DNA from: an uncultured Gemmatimonadales bacterium
Lineage (GTDB): Bacteria; Gemmatimonadota; Gemmatimonadetes; Palauibacterales; Palauibacteraceae
Direction: 5' to 3'
Assembly (NCBI GenBank): GCA_963783385.1
Contig: CAWANJ010000002.1
Span: 1-64,000 of the forward strand
DNA: 64,000 nucleotides
In this document: piece by piece, positions 11,055 to 21,221 of the stretch
Numbering within the stretch: position 1 is the stretch's first letter
Layout of the letters: every line of letters begins with the position of its first letter
Position numbers and translations under genes: made by a program
Notes under the pieces: model-generated
What the model was told of the DNA's origin: nothing
Seen by the model: only the letters and a program-made list of their open reading frames with translations
Databases searched by the model: none

Positions 11055-12512
11055 ATGGCGCATACGTTTGTGAGCAGGGGCAGGACGGCGGTGCTCGTGG
11101 CGGGGACGGCGGTCGCGTTGAGCGCCTGCTTCGGCAATCCGGCGCCCAACATGGAGCTGGGCCGATCGTCCTCGCTGGCGGCCGGCCAGGCGGTGCTGCC
11201 GGACTCCGAGTTCGCGGCGCTGTTCCCGGTGCACGTGGATTCCGAGTTCGTGGCGGAGGCCAACCGCGAGGCGCAGCAGACCGTCCGAGCCATGACAGAG
11301 CAGACCCAGCGCGAGTTCCTGCGCCTGTTCGGCCCCGATCCCCTGGGACTGGCACGCGCCCCGGCCAACGCGGCGCGCTACGAGATCCCCCTGCAGACCA
11401 ACCAGGCCGTCGAGGGCTGGATCGACTACTTCCGTTCCGAGATCCCCGACCGTTTCGCCACCTACCTGAGGCGATCGGGCCGGTACGAATCGATGATCCG
11501 CCCCAAGCTGCGCGCGGCGGGACTCCCGCAGGACCTCCTTTACCTGGCCGTCATCGAGAGCGGCATGAACCCCAACGCCTACAGCCGGGCGAGGGCCGTG
11601 GGGCTGTGGCAGTTCATAGCGGGAACCGCGCGCAAGTACGGCCTCGAGGTGGACTACTGGGTGGACGAGCGCCGCGACCCGGTGGCCTCGACCGATGCGG
11701 CCATCAAGTACCTTTCCGACCTGTACGACGAGTTCGGATCGTGGTACCTGGCCGCGGCCGCCTACAACGCCGGCGAGGGCCGGGTGCGCCGGGGGATCGC
11801 GCGCACGGGCTCCCACAGCTACTGGGATCTCGTGGACGCCCGCGTCCTGCATCGACAGACCCGGAACTACGTGCCCAAGCTCATCGCGGCCGCGCTGATC
11901 GGGCACGATCCGTCCCGGTACGGCTTCGACGACATCGAGCCCGAGTCCAGGGTGGCCTACGACACGGTGGACGTGCCGGACGCCACCAGCTTCGACGTCA
12001 TCGCGAAGGCCGCCGGGGTCTCCGAGGATGCGGTCGACGACCTCAATCCCGAGTACCTCCGCCACGTGACGCCGCCGCACCGCACCTCGGTGGTCAAGGT
12101 GCCGGTCGGTCACGCGGAGCGCTTCGCCAGCGCCTACGCGCAGATCCCGGCCGCCAAGAGGGTCACGTGGCTCGTTCACACGGTGACGCGCGGCCAGACC
12201 CTCTCGGGCATCGCGGCCCGCTACGGCACCTCGGTGCGCGCCATCCTGGCCGCCAACCGCGGGGTGAGTCCCCGCCGTCTCCAGATCGGCGAGCGACTCG
12301 TGGTACCGAGGGAGGGCGTGCGGGCGCCGGTCCACCTGGCTTCGGCTCGGGCCAGCCGCCCGAGCGGCCCCTCCACGGTGGTCGTGCGGCGTGGCGACAC
12401 GCTGTGGGCGATCGCGCGGCGCTACAACGTCAGCACCCGTGAGCTCATGAGCTGGAACGGGCTCCGGTCGGCCAGCATCCACCCGGGCGACCGGCTCGAG
12501 GTGAGGCGCTGA
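11055..12512 (+). CDS. mltD: Membrane-bound lytic murein transglycosylase D-like lipoprotein (SLT + 2 LysM)
   Basis: Lipobox LSAC, IESG catalytic Glu, AVGLWQF, AAYNAGEG, two LysM repeats (GQTLSGIA, GDTLWAIA). Confidence 0.9.
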   Translation: MAHTFVSRGRTAVLVAGTAVALSACFGNPAPNMELGRSSSLAAGQAVLPDSEFAALFPVHVDSEFVAEANREAQQTVRAMTEQTQREFLRLFGPDPLGLARAPANAARYEIPLQTNQAVEGWIDYFRSEIPDRFATYLRRSGRYESMIRPKLRAAGLPQDLLYLAVIESGMNPNAYSRARAVGLWQFIAGTARKYGLEVDYWVDERRDPVASTDAAIKYLSDLYDEFGSWYLAAAAYNAGEGRVRRGIARTGSHSYWDLVDARVLHRQTRNYVPKLIAAALIGHDPSRYGFDDIEPESRVAYDTVDVPDATSFDVIAKAAGVSEDAVDDLNPEYLRHVTPPHRTSVVKVPVGHAERFASAYAQIPAAKRVTWLVHTVTRGQTLSGIAARYGTSVRAILAANRGVSPRRLQIGERLVVPREGVRAPVHLASARASRPSGPSTVVVRRGDTLWAIARRYNVSTRELMSWNGLRSASIHPGDRLEVRR

Positions 12513-12514
12513 CC

Positions 12515-13222
12515 ATGTCCCGCCTCCTCCGGGTGGACCTGCACTCGCACACCCACCACTCGCCGGACGCCTACACGTCGCCGGCGGAGCTCGTCGAGCG
12601 TGCAGCCGAGGTCGGTCTCGACCGGATCGCGGTCACCGATCACGGAGAGATCGAGGGCGCCCTCGAAGCTCGCAGCCTCGATCCGATCAGGATCATCGTC
12701 GGGGAGGAGATCCGTTGCCGATGTGGCACGGAGTTGATCGGGCTCTTCCTGAGGGAGCGGGTCCCGTCCGGGCTCGAGGCCAGAGAGGTGGCCGAGCGGG
12801 TCGCCGACCAGGGCGGCGTCCTGTACGCACCCCATCCCTACGCGTACGCGCGTCAGGCCCTGAGCCGGGCGGCCACGGCGCTGGAACTGGCCGAAGCGGT
12901 CGAGGTGTTCAACGCGCGGGCCTTCCTGCCCCTGTGGAACCGGAGGGCGGGTCGCACGGCGCGCGACCTGGGCCTGCCGCGGTGCGCCGGGTCCGACGCG
13001 CACTTTCCCCGCGAGCTGGGCCGGGCCTACAGTGTCATGCCGGAGTTCGCGAGCGCCGAGGGGTTCCGCGAGGCGGCGAACGCGAGCCGGCCCGTGCTGG
13101 AGCGGGTGACCGGCCCGTGGATGCACCTGGCCTCGGCGGGCCTCAAGGTCGCCCGGGTGTGCCGCGAGCGCGCGCCGCATCCGAGTCCGCGACACGCCCT
13201 CGAGGTGGCCGAGAAGGTCTGA
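12515..13222 (+). CDS. PHP-domain metal-dependent phosphoesterase
   Basis: DLHSHT, AVTDH, GEEI, PHP, EVFNAR, GSDAH. Confidence 0.88.
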   Translation: MSRLLRVDLHSHTHHSPDAYTSPAELVERAAEVGLDRIAVTDHGEIEGALEARSLDPIRIIVGEEIRCRCGTELIGLFLRERVPSGLEAREVAERVADQGGVLYAPHPYAYARQALSRAATALELAEAVEVFNARAFLPLWNRRAGRTARDLGLPRCAGSDAHFPRELGRAYSVMPEFASAEGFREAANASRPVLERVTGPWMHLASAGLKVARVCRERAPHPSPRHALEVAEKV

Positions 13223-13228
13223 GCACTC

Positions 13229-14590
13229 CTACCGTCCGGTGACGGCGGCTTCGCGTCCTTGCCGCGGAGGTCCCGCCAGCGGATAGACCGTGGCGGCCCC
13301 CTCCTTCTTGCCGATCGCGTTCCGTGGGTCCACCACGATGGGTGCGTGCTCGAGCACCAGGTCGTAGTCCATGGCGGCGTGGTCGGTCGTGATGATGACC
13401 ACGTCGCAACGGCCGAGCTCCTGGCTCGTCAGTGGGACGGAGGCGAACGTCGTCCCGTCCAGGGCGATGGACTCCACGTACGGATCGTGATAGCGGACCT
13501 CGGCGCCCCGCTGCTGCAGGAGGCGCAGGATGTCGATGGCGGGACTCTCGCGCGTGTCGTCCACGTTGGGCTTGTAGGCCATGCCGAGCAGGAGGACGCG
13601 GCTCCCGTTCAACGACTTCCGGACGGCGTTCAGGGCCTCGGTCACGCGCGCGATCACGTAGCGCGGCATCTCCGCGTTGATCTCGGCGGCCAGCTCGATG
13701 AAGCGCGTTCGGTACTGGAGCGTCTTCATCTTCCACGCCAGGTAGTGGGGGTCGATCGGGATGCAGTGACCCCCGAGCCCCGGTCCCGGATGGAACCGCA
13801 TGAAGCCGTAAGGCTTGCTGGCGGCGGCGTCGATGACCTCCCAGATGTCGATGCCCAGTCGATCGGCGATGATCGCCATCTCGTTGGCCAGGCCGATGTT
13901 GACCGCCCGAAACGTGTTCTCGAGGATCTTGGCCAGCTCCGCGGCCTCCGGCGAAGACACCTCCACCACGGTCTCGATCGCTTCCCCGTACAGGGCGGCG
14001 ACCAGCTCGTGGCACGCCGGGGTGAGTCCGCCGACCACCTTGGGCGTGTTGTCCAGGTGCCAGGTCGGGTTTCCCGGGTCGACCCGCTCGGGGCTGAACG
14101 CCAGGAAGAAGTCCTTTCCGGCCTCGAGCCCGCTCTCCTCGAGGGTCGGCTGCACGAGCTCGCGGGTCGTGCCCGGATACGTGGTCGACTCCAGGATGAT
14201 GAGCTGCCCGGCGCGGAGCCGGTCCCGGATGCGGCGGGTCACGTCCACGATGTACGAGACGTCGGGGTCGCCCGTCTTCGACAGCGGGGTCGGGACGCAG
14301 ATGATGATGGCGTCGGCTTCGTCGAGCCGGTCGAAGTCGTCGGTGACCTCGAACCGGCCCGCGTCCACCTGGCGCCGCACCCGGTCGGCCGCGATGTCCA
14401 TGATGTGCGAGCGGCCCTCGCGCAGCGCGCCGACGACCCGCCGACTGATGTCGAACCCGAGGAGTGGGAAGCCGGCCTCGGCGAAGGTGATGGCCACGGG
14501 GAGTCCCACGTAGCCGAGGCCCACCACGCCGACACGGGCCTCGTGCGATCGTATACGGTCGAGAAGCTTCGAATGCTCGCTCATGTCCAT
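13229..14590 (-). CDS. Nucleotide-sugar dehydrogenase (UDP-GlcNAc 6-dehydrogenase/WbpA-like)
   Basis: GLGYVG, CVPTP, ESTTYPGTT, SPERVDPG, KILENTFRAVNI, GGHCIPIDP, AYKPNVDDTRESP. Confidence 0.93.
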   Translation of the reverse strand: MDMSEHSKLLDRIRSHEARVGVVGLGYVGLPVAITFAEAGFPLLGFDISRRVVGALREGRSHIMDIAADRVRRQVDAGRFEVTDDFDRLDEADAIIICVPTPLSKTGDPDVSYIVDVTRRIRDRLRAGQLIILESTTYPGTTRELVQPTLEESGLEAGKDFFLAFSPERVDPGNPTWHLDNTPKVVGGLTPACHELVAALYGEAIETVVEVSSPEAAELAKILENTFRAVNIGLANEMAIIADRLGIDIWEVIDAAASKPYGFMRFHPGPGLGGHCIPIDPHYLAWKMKTLQYRTRFIELAAEINAEMPRYVIARVTEALNAVRKSLNGSRVLLLGMAYKPNVDDTRESPAIDILRLLQQRGAEVRYHDPYVESIALDGTTFASVPLTSQELGRCDVVIITTDHAAMDYDLVLEHAPIVVDPRNAIGKKEGAATVYPLAGPPRQGREAAVTGR

Positions 14591-14637
14591 GTGAGTTGGG
14601 GGAGCCGGCTATGCGCCGGCCAAGATCGGCTGACGAC

Positions 14638-14666
14638 GGGGGCGGCGCCAGAGCGGCGCCGCCCCC
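14638..14666. terminator. GC-rich hairpin between the SLT and dehydrogenase genes
   Basis: GGGGGCGGCGCC-AGAGC-GGCGCCGCCCCC, a perfect 12-bp stem with no U-tail. Confidence 0.4.
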
Positions 14667-14687
14667 TCGCATGGCGTTACGTGTCCG

Positions 14688-15401
14688 TCACTCGCTCCCG
14701 TGCAGCACCTTGAAGGCGTAGCCATTGGCCGGGTTCTCGCCCGACGCGAGCAGCGTTCCCACCCGGTTCGGCCCCCGGTTGTAGGCCAGCAGCGCCAGCT
14801 GCTGGTCCGGGTACTGGCCGAGCAGGATGCTGAGATAGCGAAGGCCCAGGTGCAGGTTCGTGTCCGGGTCGAACAGGTCGTCACTGGTGACCGAGGGATC
14901 GAGCCAGTGCGCCGTGCTGGGCTTGATCTGCGTATAGCCCACCGCTCCCGCATCGCTCACGGCCCAACGGTGGAAGGACGACTCGGTCTTGATCAGGCTG
15001 AAGGCCATCTGCGGCTCCAGGCCTTCCGCGATCGCGATGTCGTAGATCCGAGACGCGAGATCGGCCGGGATCGAGTAGTGGGCCGAGTAGCTCTGGATGT
15101 CGCGAAGGCGCTGGGCCTGCAGGCCGCGGAGCGCGGCCTCGCCGCGAGCCGCGTGCGCGCCGGAGCGGGACTCCGCCAGCGTGGCGCGGGCCCGGTGCAG
15201 GGCCGTGCCGGGCAGGTTCACGAACGAGGCCAGCTCGATGCCGACCAGCAGCGCGAACGCGGCCAGGCCGGCGGCACCTATGGGCGTGGTCAGGAGCGCC
15301 GTGAAGTCACGGACGCGCCATCGTAAGCCTCGCGTGGGCCGACGGCCGAATTCCTCCCTGAGGGCGGTCAAGGACATGTATGTCACTCCTGTCGTAGCCA
15401 T
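14688..15401 (-). CDS. Lytic transglycosylase (SLT domain) with an N-terminal TM anchor
   Basis: IKTESSF, GAVGYTQI, LFDPDTNLHLGLRYL, LALLAYNRGP. Confidence 0.88.
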   Translation of the reverse strand: MATTGVTYMSLTALREEFGRRPTRGLRWRVRDFTALLTTPIGAAGLAAFALLVGIELASFVNLPGTALHRARATLAESRSGAHAARGEAALRGLQAQRLRDIQSYSAHYSIPADLASRIYDIAIAEGLEPQMAFSLIKTESSFHRWAVSDAGAVGYTQIKPSTAHWLDPSVTSDDLFDPDTNLHLGLRYLSILLGQYPDQQLALLAYNRGPNRVGTLLASGENPANGYAFKVLHGSE

Positions 15402-15498
15402 CTCGAGGACCCGCCGGGGTGCTGCCTCCTCCGCCCGACTGGCCTTCTGCGTGGCGCCCGACCCCAGGGTATGGGAGACCGGCGCACGTCGGGGGGGC

Positions 15499-15513
15499 GC
15501 AACCGGCGTGCCA
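15499..15513 (-). promoter_or_regulatory. sigma54 -24/-12 promoter of the SLT gene
   Basis: Minus strand TGGCACGCCGGTTGC, a perfect TGGCAC-N5-TTGC, about 100 nt upstream of the ATG at 15401. Confidence 0.85.
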
Positions 15514-15543
15514 CCCGCCCCTCTTGTTCGGGTCCTGTTCGGG

Positions 15544-16062
15544 TCAGGTGTCCGAACCCCTTTGCCACGTGCCGCTTCGGCCGCCGCTCTTCTCCAGCAG
15601 ACGGACCGATTCGAGGCTCATGCCCCGGTCACGGCTCTTGGCCATGTCGTACAGGGCCAACAGACCTGCCGACACGGCGCACAGGGCCTCCATCTCCACG
15701 CCCGTTCGGGCCTGCGTGGAGGCGGTGGCGCGCAGCTTCACTCCCGGCCGCCCCTCGGCGTCCGGCCGCACCTCCTCAATGTGCACTTCGAGGGCGTCGA
15801 GCGAAAGGGGGTGGCACAGCGGAATGAGGTCGGACGTTCGCTTGGCTCCGCCCACCGCGGCCAGCCGGGCCACCGTGAGGGCGTCGCCCTTCCCGATCTC
15901 CTGATCGCGGATGGCCTGCAGCGTGTCCGGCGACATGCGGAGGACGCCCTCCGCCACGGCCCGCCGTGCGGTCACCGGCTTCGCGCCGACATCGACCATG
16001 CGGGCCCGGCCCGCACCGTCCAGGTGCGTCAGGCCGACGTCGCCGGGCTCGGACTCGCCCAT
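15544..16062 (-). CDS. moaC: Cyclic pyranopterin monophosphate synthase
   Basis: LTHLD...ARMVDV, AKRTSDLIPLCHP, TGVEMEAL, YDMAK, EKSGGRSG. Confidence 0.96.
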   Translation of the reverse strand: MGESEPGDVGLTHLDGAGRARMVDVGAKPVTARRAVAEGVLRMSPDTLQAIRDQEIGKGDALTVARLAAVGGAKRTSDLIPLCHPLSLDALEVHIEEVRPDAEGRPGVKLRATASTQARTGVEMEALCAVSAGLLALYDMAKSRDRGMSLESVRLLEKSGGRSGTWQRGSDT

Positions 16063-16168
16063 GGGCTCTCCTCGTCCTGCCGGTCATCTCGGTCCGGCCC
16101 GGCTTGGGCCGACCGGGCGTCCGGCTTGGGTACTCCCCCCACCGGGCTACGTTCCCGCTCCCCGCGTC

Positions 16169-17323
16169 TCATGGGGCCTCCAGGGCGGATCCGAGGTCGA
16201 CCAGGAGACCGGCCGTGATGGCCTGCGGGTTCAGGTTGCCGGCCGCCTCCTCCCGAGCCTCCTCCACCAGGGCGATGGCGCGGAGGAGCGCGTGCGCAGG
16301 CGGCGCCGCGTCGGCGAGCGCCGCCGCCGCCCCGGGGTCGAACCCGAGCTCGGGTCGTCCGAGGCTCGCGGTGAGCAGGTCCCGGAGGAGCTCCGTGGCC
16401 GAGGCCAGCACCTCGTCGAAATCTCCGCGAGCTCCGCTGGGAGGAAGGGAGGCCGCGAAAGACCACCGGTCGACTCGGTCCCGGGAGAGGGCCGCCCGGA
16501 GGAGATCCTGGGCCCGCCCGCGTGTCGCCCCGGACTCCTCCGAGAGGGCGCGGAGGGCCCGCCCCGGAGACCCCTGCGAGCGGCGCGCCAGGGACGCGGC
16601 GCGGTCGGGGTCGACCGCGGCCACCTCGACCAGGAGTCGCTCGATCGCCCCGGCGGGCACCGGGAGCACCCGGAGGCCCAGGGTGCGGGAGCGGATGGTG
16701 GGCAGGAGGGCGCCCGGGCGGCTGGAGGTGAGCAGGACGAAGGCGTCCTCCGGCGGCTCTTCGAGGAGCTTCAGGAAGGCGTTGGCGGCCTCGGGGCTCG
16801 AGGCCTGGGGCACCATGGACTCGGCGTCACCCACGACGAACACGGACCGCTTTCCCATGGCCGGCCGGCGCGACGCCTTCGCCTTCATCTGCTGGACCGC
16901 CGCCAGGTACAATCCCGTGGCTCCGTCGAAGTCCCGCACCGCCAGGGGATGGGCTCGCCGTTCCTCGAGCTCCTCGAACCTGGCTTCCTCCAGCTTCTCC
17001 CGCAGCTTGGACGGGGTCGAGGCCCCCTTGGGACGCGGCAGGGGAAAGAACCAGTGCAGGTCGGGATGCTCCAGCCGGAGCGCCAGGCGGCAGCTGCGGC
17101 AGCGCCCGCAGGCCGAGCCCTCCTCGCACAGCAGTCGCTGTCCCAGCCACAGGGCCAGTCGCTGCTTGCCGACGCCGACGGGGCCGTGCAGGAGGATCGA
17201 GGAGGGCAGGCGGCCCCGCTCCACGGAGCGGGACAGCCGCGCCTGGAGCTCCTCGTGGCCGACCACGGCGTGGAGGCCGGGAGGCCGGGAGGGGGGCGCT
17301 CCGCCGCCTCTCGCCTCAGCCAC
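16169..17323 (-). CDS. holB: DNA polymerase III delta' subunit
   Basis: GPVGVGK, CGRCRSC zinc motif, HPDL, EAANAFLKLLEEPP, LLPTIRSR; start approximate. Confidence 0.88.
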   Translation of the reverse strand: MAEARGGGAPPSRPPGLHAVVGHEELQARLSRSVERGRLPSSILLHGPVGVGKQRLALWLGQRLLCEEGSACGRCRSCRLALRLEHPDLHWFFPLPRPKGASTPSKLREKLEEARFEELEERRAHPLAVRDFDGATGLYLAAVQQMKAKASRRPAMGKRSVFVVGDAESMVPQASSPEAANAFLKLLEEPPEDAFVLLTSSRPGALLPTIRSRTLGLRVLPVPAGAIERLLVEVAAVDPDRAASLARRSQGSPGRALRALSEESGATRGRAQDLLRAALSRDRVDRWSFAASLPPSGARGDFDEVLASATELLRDLLTASLGRPELGFDPGAAAALADAAPPAHALLRAIALVEEAREEAAGNLNPQAITAGLLVDLGSALEAP

Positions 17324-18557
17324 CGGAATGACTCCGGAGCCAGCGCACCGGGTCGACCGGCTGGGGCGCACCGCCCGCCGTGGGCTGGTGGATCTGGAAC
17401 TCGATGTGGGGTCCCGCCCGGCTGGAGGCGCCGCCCACCGCGCCGATCACCTGCCCCCTGGCCACGTGCTCTCCCACGTGCACGCGCACGCGCTCCAGGT
17501 ACAGGTAGGCCGAGTAGTAACCCCCGCCGTGGCTGATGATGACCGTGGGACCCATGAGCCCCTGCGTTCCGGCGAATTCCACGCGTCCCGACTCCACGGC
17601 CTTGACCGGCGTCCCCTCGGAGGCGGCGATCCCGATGCCGTCCCGGTTGATGGTCGTGCCCCCGTTCCTCTCGGGCCCGAACTGGTAGACGATGCGACCG
17701 TCCACGGGCCATGCCAGCTTGCCCAGGTCCCCCGTGGTCAGGCTGGAGGAGCTCGAGCGCCCCGCCCGCCGCTCGCTCTCGCGGCGCGCGCGCTCCAGCT
17801 CGGCGATGACGTTCTGGAGCTGTGCCTCGTCCTGGGCGAGCTGCGCCTCCTGCTCGCGCGCCTTCGACCGCTGGGTGCGGTACAGCGACAGGCGGCGGCG
17901 GTACTGAAGGCGCAGCGACTGGAGGTCCGAGAGCTCCTGCTTCTTGCTGCCCCGCAGGTCCTGCAGCCGGCTCAGCTGTCCGGCCAGCTCCGAGCGCTGC
18001 TCCTCGAGCTTGCCCTCCAGCGTGCCCACCTGTCGAACGAGCATGCGGTCGTACAGGGTGACCAGGTGCAGGTACTTGTAGCGGTCGATGAGGTCCGAGA
18101 AGGAGCGGGCCGACAGGAGGACCTGGAGCGGGCCGAGCGGGCCCCGCTCGTAGACCTCCTTGAGTCGCTCGTGCAGCTCGGTCTTGCGGACCGTGAGCTC
18201 GTCACGGGTCTGCAGCATCTGGGCGGTCGTGCGGGCCACCTGCTCGCCGGTGGCCTCGGTCTGGACGTCCAGCTCGGCCACCACGCTGCTCGAGGAGCCG
18301 ATCTGCTTCTCGAGGTTGCCGAGCTCCTCGGAAGCCGTGCTCACCTGGTGAGTGAGCCGCTGCATGGCCTTCCGGAGCTGCTGGCGCTGCTGGCGGATCT
18401 CCTCGAGTCGCTTCTGGCTCTGCTCGATCTTGTCCTTGAGGAGGCGGGTCGTGTCCTGCTGGGCCCGGAGGGCCACCGGCGCGGCGGCCAGCGCCGCGCC
18501 GAGCAACCCCGTCGCCACCCCTCGCAAGGAAGGGCGTGGAAGGCGGCGTGGCGCCAT
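17316..18557 (-). CDS. envC: Murein hydrolase activator EnvC (coiled coil + degenerate M23)
   Basis: Signal peptide, long coiled coil, WPVDG, GIGIAASEGTPVKAV with Zn ligands lost; follows ftsEX. Confidence 0.88.
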   Translation of the reverse strand: MAPRRLPRPSLRGVATGLLGAALAAAPVALRAQQDTTRLLKDKIEQSQKRLEEIRQQRQQLRKAMQRLTHQVSTASEELGNLEKQIGSSSSVVAELDVQTEATGEQVARTTAQMLQTRDELTVRKTELHERLKEVYERGPLGPLQVLLSARSFSDLIDRYKYLHLVTLYDRMLVRQVGTLEGKLEEQRSELAGQLSRLQDLRGSKKQELSDLQSLRLQYRRRLSLYRTQRSKAREQEAQLAQDEAQLQNVIAELERARRESERRAGRSSSSSLTTGDLGKLAWPVDGRIVYQFGPERNGGTTINRDGIGIAASEGTPVKAVESGRVEFAGTQGLMGPTVIISHGGGYYSAYLYLERVRVHVGEHVARGQVIGAVGGASSRAGPHIEFQIHQPTAGGAPQPVDPVRWLRSHSGG

Positions 18558-18637
18558 CGGGGGTGTGCGCCTCGAGACGGATCCCCGGCGGGCTGGTCCC
18601 TCCCGGCCGGTTCCTTTCGTCACCCGCCCCGCGCTCC

Positions 18638-19501
18638 TCAGAGGTCGTAGAGCCCGCGAAGTTCCTTCCTGATGGCGCGTCCCGCGGACAGCATCCCCAG
18701 GAGAGCCGCGCCCGCGATCCCCGCCACGATCCACACGTCCGGCATCCAGCTCACCGCGAGAAAGGAGGCGTCGATGAGCCGCCAGGTCCCCCAGGTGAGC
18801 CCGAAGGCGAGGAGGCCGCCGGCGAGGCCGGTCACCAGTCCCTCGAGCAGGTAGGGGCGCCGGATGAAGCCCTCCGTCGCGCCGATGGTCTGCATGATCG
18901 CGATCTCCTCGGAGCGCGCCAGAATGGCCATGCGCACGGACGTGCCCACGAGCATCACGGCCACCAGGGCGAACGCGCCGCCCAGGATGAGGGACGCGGC
19001 GCCGGCGATGCGCCGCAACGAGAAGATGCGCTCCACCCAGTCGCGGCCGTAGCGAACGTCGTCCACGAAGTCGTAGCTCCGAAGGCGCTCGGCCACGCGC
19101 CGCACGGCGTCGGGAGTCCGGTAGCCCGGCTTGAGCGAGACCTCCAGCGACGCCGGCAGCGGGTTCACCTCGAGGTTCGAGAACACGTCCGAGAACTCCG
19201 TGAGCTCCTGTGAAGCGTCGTGCAGCGCTTCGACCTTGGAGATGTAGCGCACTCCGGCCACCTCCGGGAAGCTCTGCACCTCCTTTCGCGCCACGTCGAC
19301 GCGGCTCTCGGCTGTGCCGTCCCGCAGATAGGCCACCACCTGCACCTGCTCCTCGACGTGAGACAGGGCCAGGTCGATGTTGTAGGCGGTCAGACCGAAC
19401 AGTCCGAGAATGAACAGGCTGAAGCCGATGGATGTCACGGAGAGCACGCCGAGCAGCGGCGCGCGGCGCAGGCTGGCGATGGCTTCGCGCAGGGCCCTCA
19501 C
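18638..19501 (-). CDS. ftsX: Cell division permease FtsX
   Basis: NPLPASLEV, EEIAIMQTIGATEGFIRRPYLLEG, 4 TM segments. Confidence 0.93.
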   Translation of the reverse strand: MRALREAIASLRRAPLLGVLSVTSIGFSLFILGLFGLTAYNIDLALSHVEEQVQVVAYLRDGTAESRVDVARKEVQSFPEVAGVRYISKVEALHDASQELTEFSDVFSNLEVNPLPASLEVSLKPGYRTPDAVRRVAERLRSYDFVDDVRYGRDWVERIFSLRRIAGAASLILGGAFALVAVMLVGTSVRMAILARSEEIAIMQTIGATEGFIRRPYLLEGLVTGLAGGLLAFGLTWGTWRLIDASFLAVSWMPDVWIVAGIAGAALLGMLSAGRAIRKELRGLYDL

Positions 19502-20181
19502 GTGGAGGCCTCCTCGCCAGCCGAGTCGTACACGAGAGATCCGTGCTCGAGCTCCAGGACCCGGACGTCGCGATGGCGGTGCAGGAGCTCCGCGTCGTGC
19601 GTGGCGAACAGGACGGCCATCCCGAGGTCGTTGATGCGCCGCAGGAGCTCGAACACGCCGTCGGCGGCGCGCCGGTCCAGGTTCCCGGTGGGCTCGTCTG
19701 CCAGCAGGACGAGCGGGTCGGTGGCCAGCGCCCGGGCGATGGCCACCCGCTGGCGCTCGCCGCCCGAGAGCTCGGAGGGATGGGACTGGGACTTGGCCGC
19801 CAGCCCGACGTGGCCCAGGAGCTGCTGCACCTTCTGCCGCATCTTGCGGCGGGACGCGCCGGTCGCCTCGAGCGCGAAGGCCACGTTCTGGGAGGCCGTG
19901 AGTCGCTCCAGCAGCCGGAAGTCCTGGAAGACGTATCCGACCCGTCTCCGCAGCTGCGGAACGTCCTTGCGGCGCATGGAGTCCGAGCTGAAGCGCGACA
20001 CGCGCACCCGGCCTTCATCGGGGAGCGTGTGCATGTGGACGAGCTGCAGGACCGTCGTCTTGCCGGCGCCGGACGGTCCGGTGAGGAAGGCGAACTCGCC
20101 CTTCCTCAGGTGGAAGGAGACGTCGGCGAGAGCGGCACCGGTGCGGGGATAGCGCTTGGTGACCCCCTCGAACTGGATCAT
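19498..20181 (-). CDS. ftsE: Cell division ABC ATPase FtsE
   Basis: GPSGAGKT, VFQDFRLL, LSGGERQRV, ADEPTGNLD, ATHD. Confidence 0.94.
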   Translation of the reverse strand: MIQFEGVTKRYPRTGAALADVSFHLRKGEFAFLTGPSGAGKTTVLQLVHMHTLPDEGRVRVSRFSSDSMRRKDVPQLRRRVGYVFQDFRLLERLTASQNVAFALEATGASRRKMRQKVQQLLGHVGLAAKSQSHPSELSGGERQRVAIARALATDPLVLLADEPTGNLDRRAADGVFELLRRINDLGMAVLFATHDAELLHRHRDVRVLELEHGSLVYDSAGEEAST

Positions 20182-21200
20182 GCGGCTGCCGCCCGCCGGG
20201 TTCCGCAGAAGCGGAGGCACAGGCGTACGGCCTCGATCATGGAGGCGGGATCGGCCACGCCCCGGCCCGCGATGTCGAACGCCGTGCCGTGGTCGGGTGA
20301 CGTGCGCGGAAACGGAAGTCCGGCGGTGACGTTCACGCCCCGCTCCATGGCCACCGTCTTGAGCACCGCGAGGCCCACATCGTGATAGGGGACGACCACC
20401 GCGTCCACCCGGCCGTCCAGGCAGCGGCGGAACACCGTATCGGCGGGGTGGATGCCGTCCATGATCCCTTCTCCCTCCGCCTGGAGACGGCGCATGGCCG
20501 GCTCCAAAATGCGGGCCTCCTCGTCTCCCATCAGTCCACCCTCCGAAGCGTGCGGGTTCAGGCCCGCGAACGCCAGCCTGGGTCGCTCGAAGCCCCACCA
20601 GTCCCGCAGGGCCCGTATCGCGATCCGGCTCCGGGTGACCGCCAGCGCTTCGTCCAGGCTCGCGGCGACCCGGGACAACGGAATGTGTCCGGTCAGGAAC
20701 GCCATGCGGAGCGGCCCGCCCAGTGGTGTGTCCTCGGCCGTCATGATCATGGTCACTTCCGGTACGCCGGAGAGCTCGCGAAGGAACTCCGTGTGGCCCG
20801 GGTAGTGGAAGCCGGCCGCCGCGAGCGCGGCTTTCGAGAGAGGCGCGGTCACGATGCCATCCACGGCGCCCTCGAGGGCCAGCTCGGCGGCCCGGCGCAC
20901 GGCGCGGCCCGCGGCCTGCCCGGCGGCCCGCTCGAGATCGGCGGCCTCCGGGTCCCAGTGGCCGATGGGTTCCAGGGAGACCCGCGCGCCCGCCTCCCGT
21001 CCGAGCGCCCCGGCGTCCACCACGCCCTCGGGACCCACCAGCACCCACTCGGCCGAGCCGGAAAGGGCGGCGGAGCGCACGGCCTTCTCGGTGATCTCGG
21101 GCCCGATGCCCCGTGGATCACCGAGCGTGATGGCCACCCGGAACGATCCGGAGGCGCCGTCCCGGCCGGAGCGCTCCTCGGCGTGGTCGCGTCCCGTCAC
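20178..21200 (-). CDS. pdxA: 4-hydroxythreonine-4-phosphate dehydrogenase
   Basis: GDPRGIGPEI, YPGHTE, GLNPHASEGG, PADT, YHDVGL, RTSPDHGTAFDIAG. Confidence 0.95.
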   Translation of the reverse strand: MTGRDHAEERSGRDGASGSFRVAITLGDPRGIGPEITEKAVRSAALSGSAEWVLVGPEGVVDAGALGREAGARVSLEPIGHWDPEAADLERAAGQAAGRAVRRAAELALEGAVDGIVTAPLSKAALAAAGFHYPGHTEFLRELSGVPEVTMIMTAEDTPLGGPLRMAFLTGHIPLSRVAASLDEALAVTRSRIAIRALRDWWGFERPRLAFAGLNPHASEGGLMGDEEARILEPAMRRLQAEGEGIMDGIHPADTVFRRCLDGRVDAVVVPYHDVGLAVLKTVAMERGVNVTAGLPFPRTSPDHGTAFDIAGRGVADPASMIEAVRLCLRFCGTRRAAAA

Positions 21201-21221
21201 CGCCCGTCCCCCGGCCCGCTT

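Noticed and set aside
17316-17700. M23 domain lacking zinc ligands
   Set aside because: Expected for EnvC, a catalytically dead amidase activator; not novel
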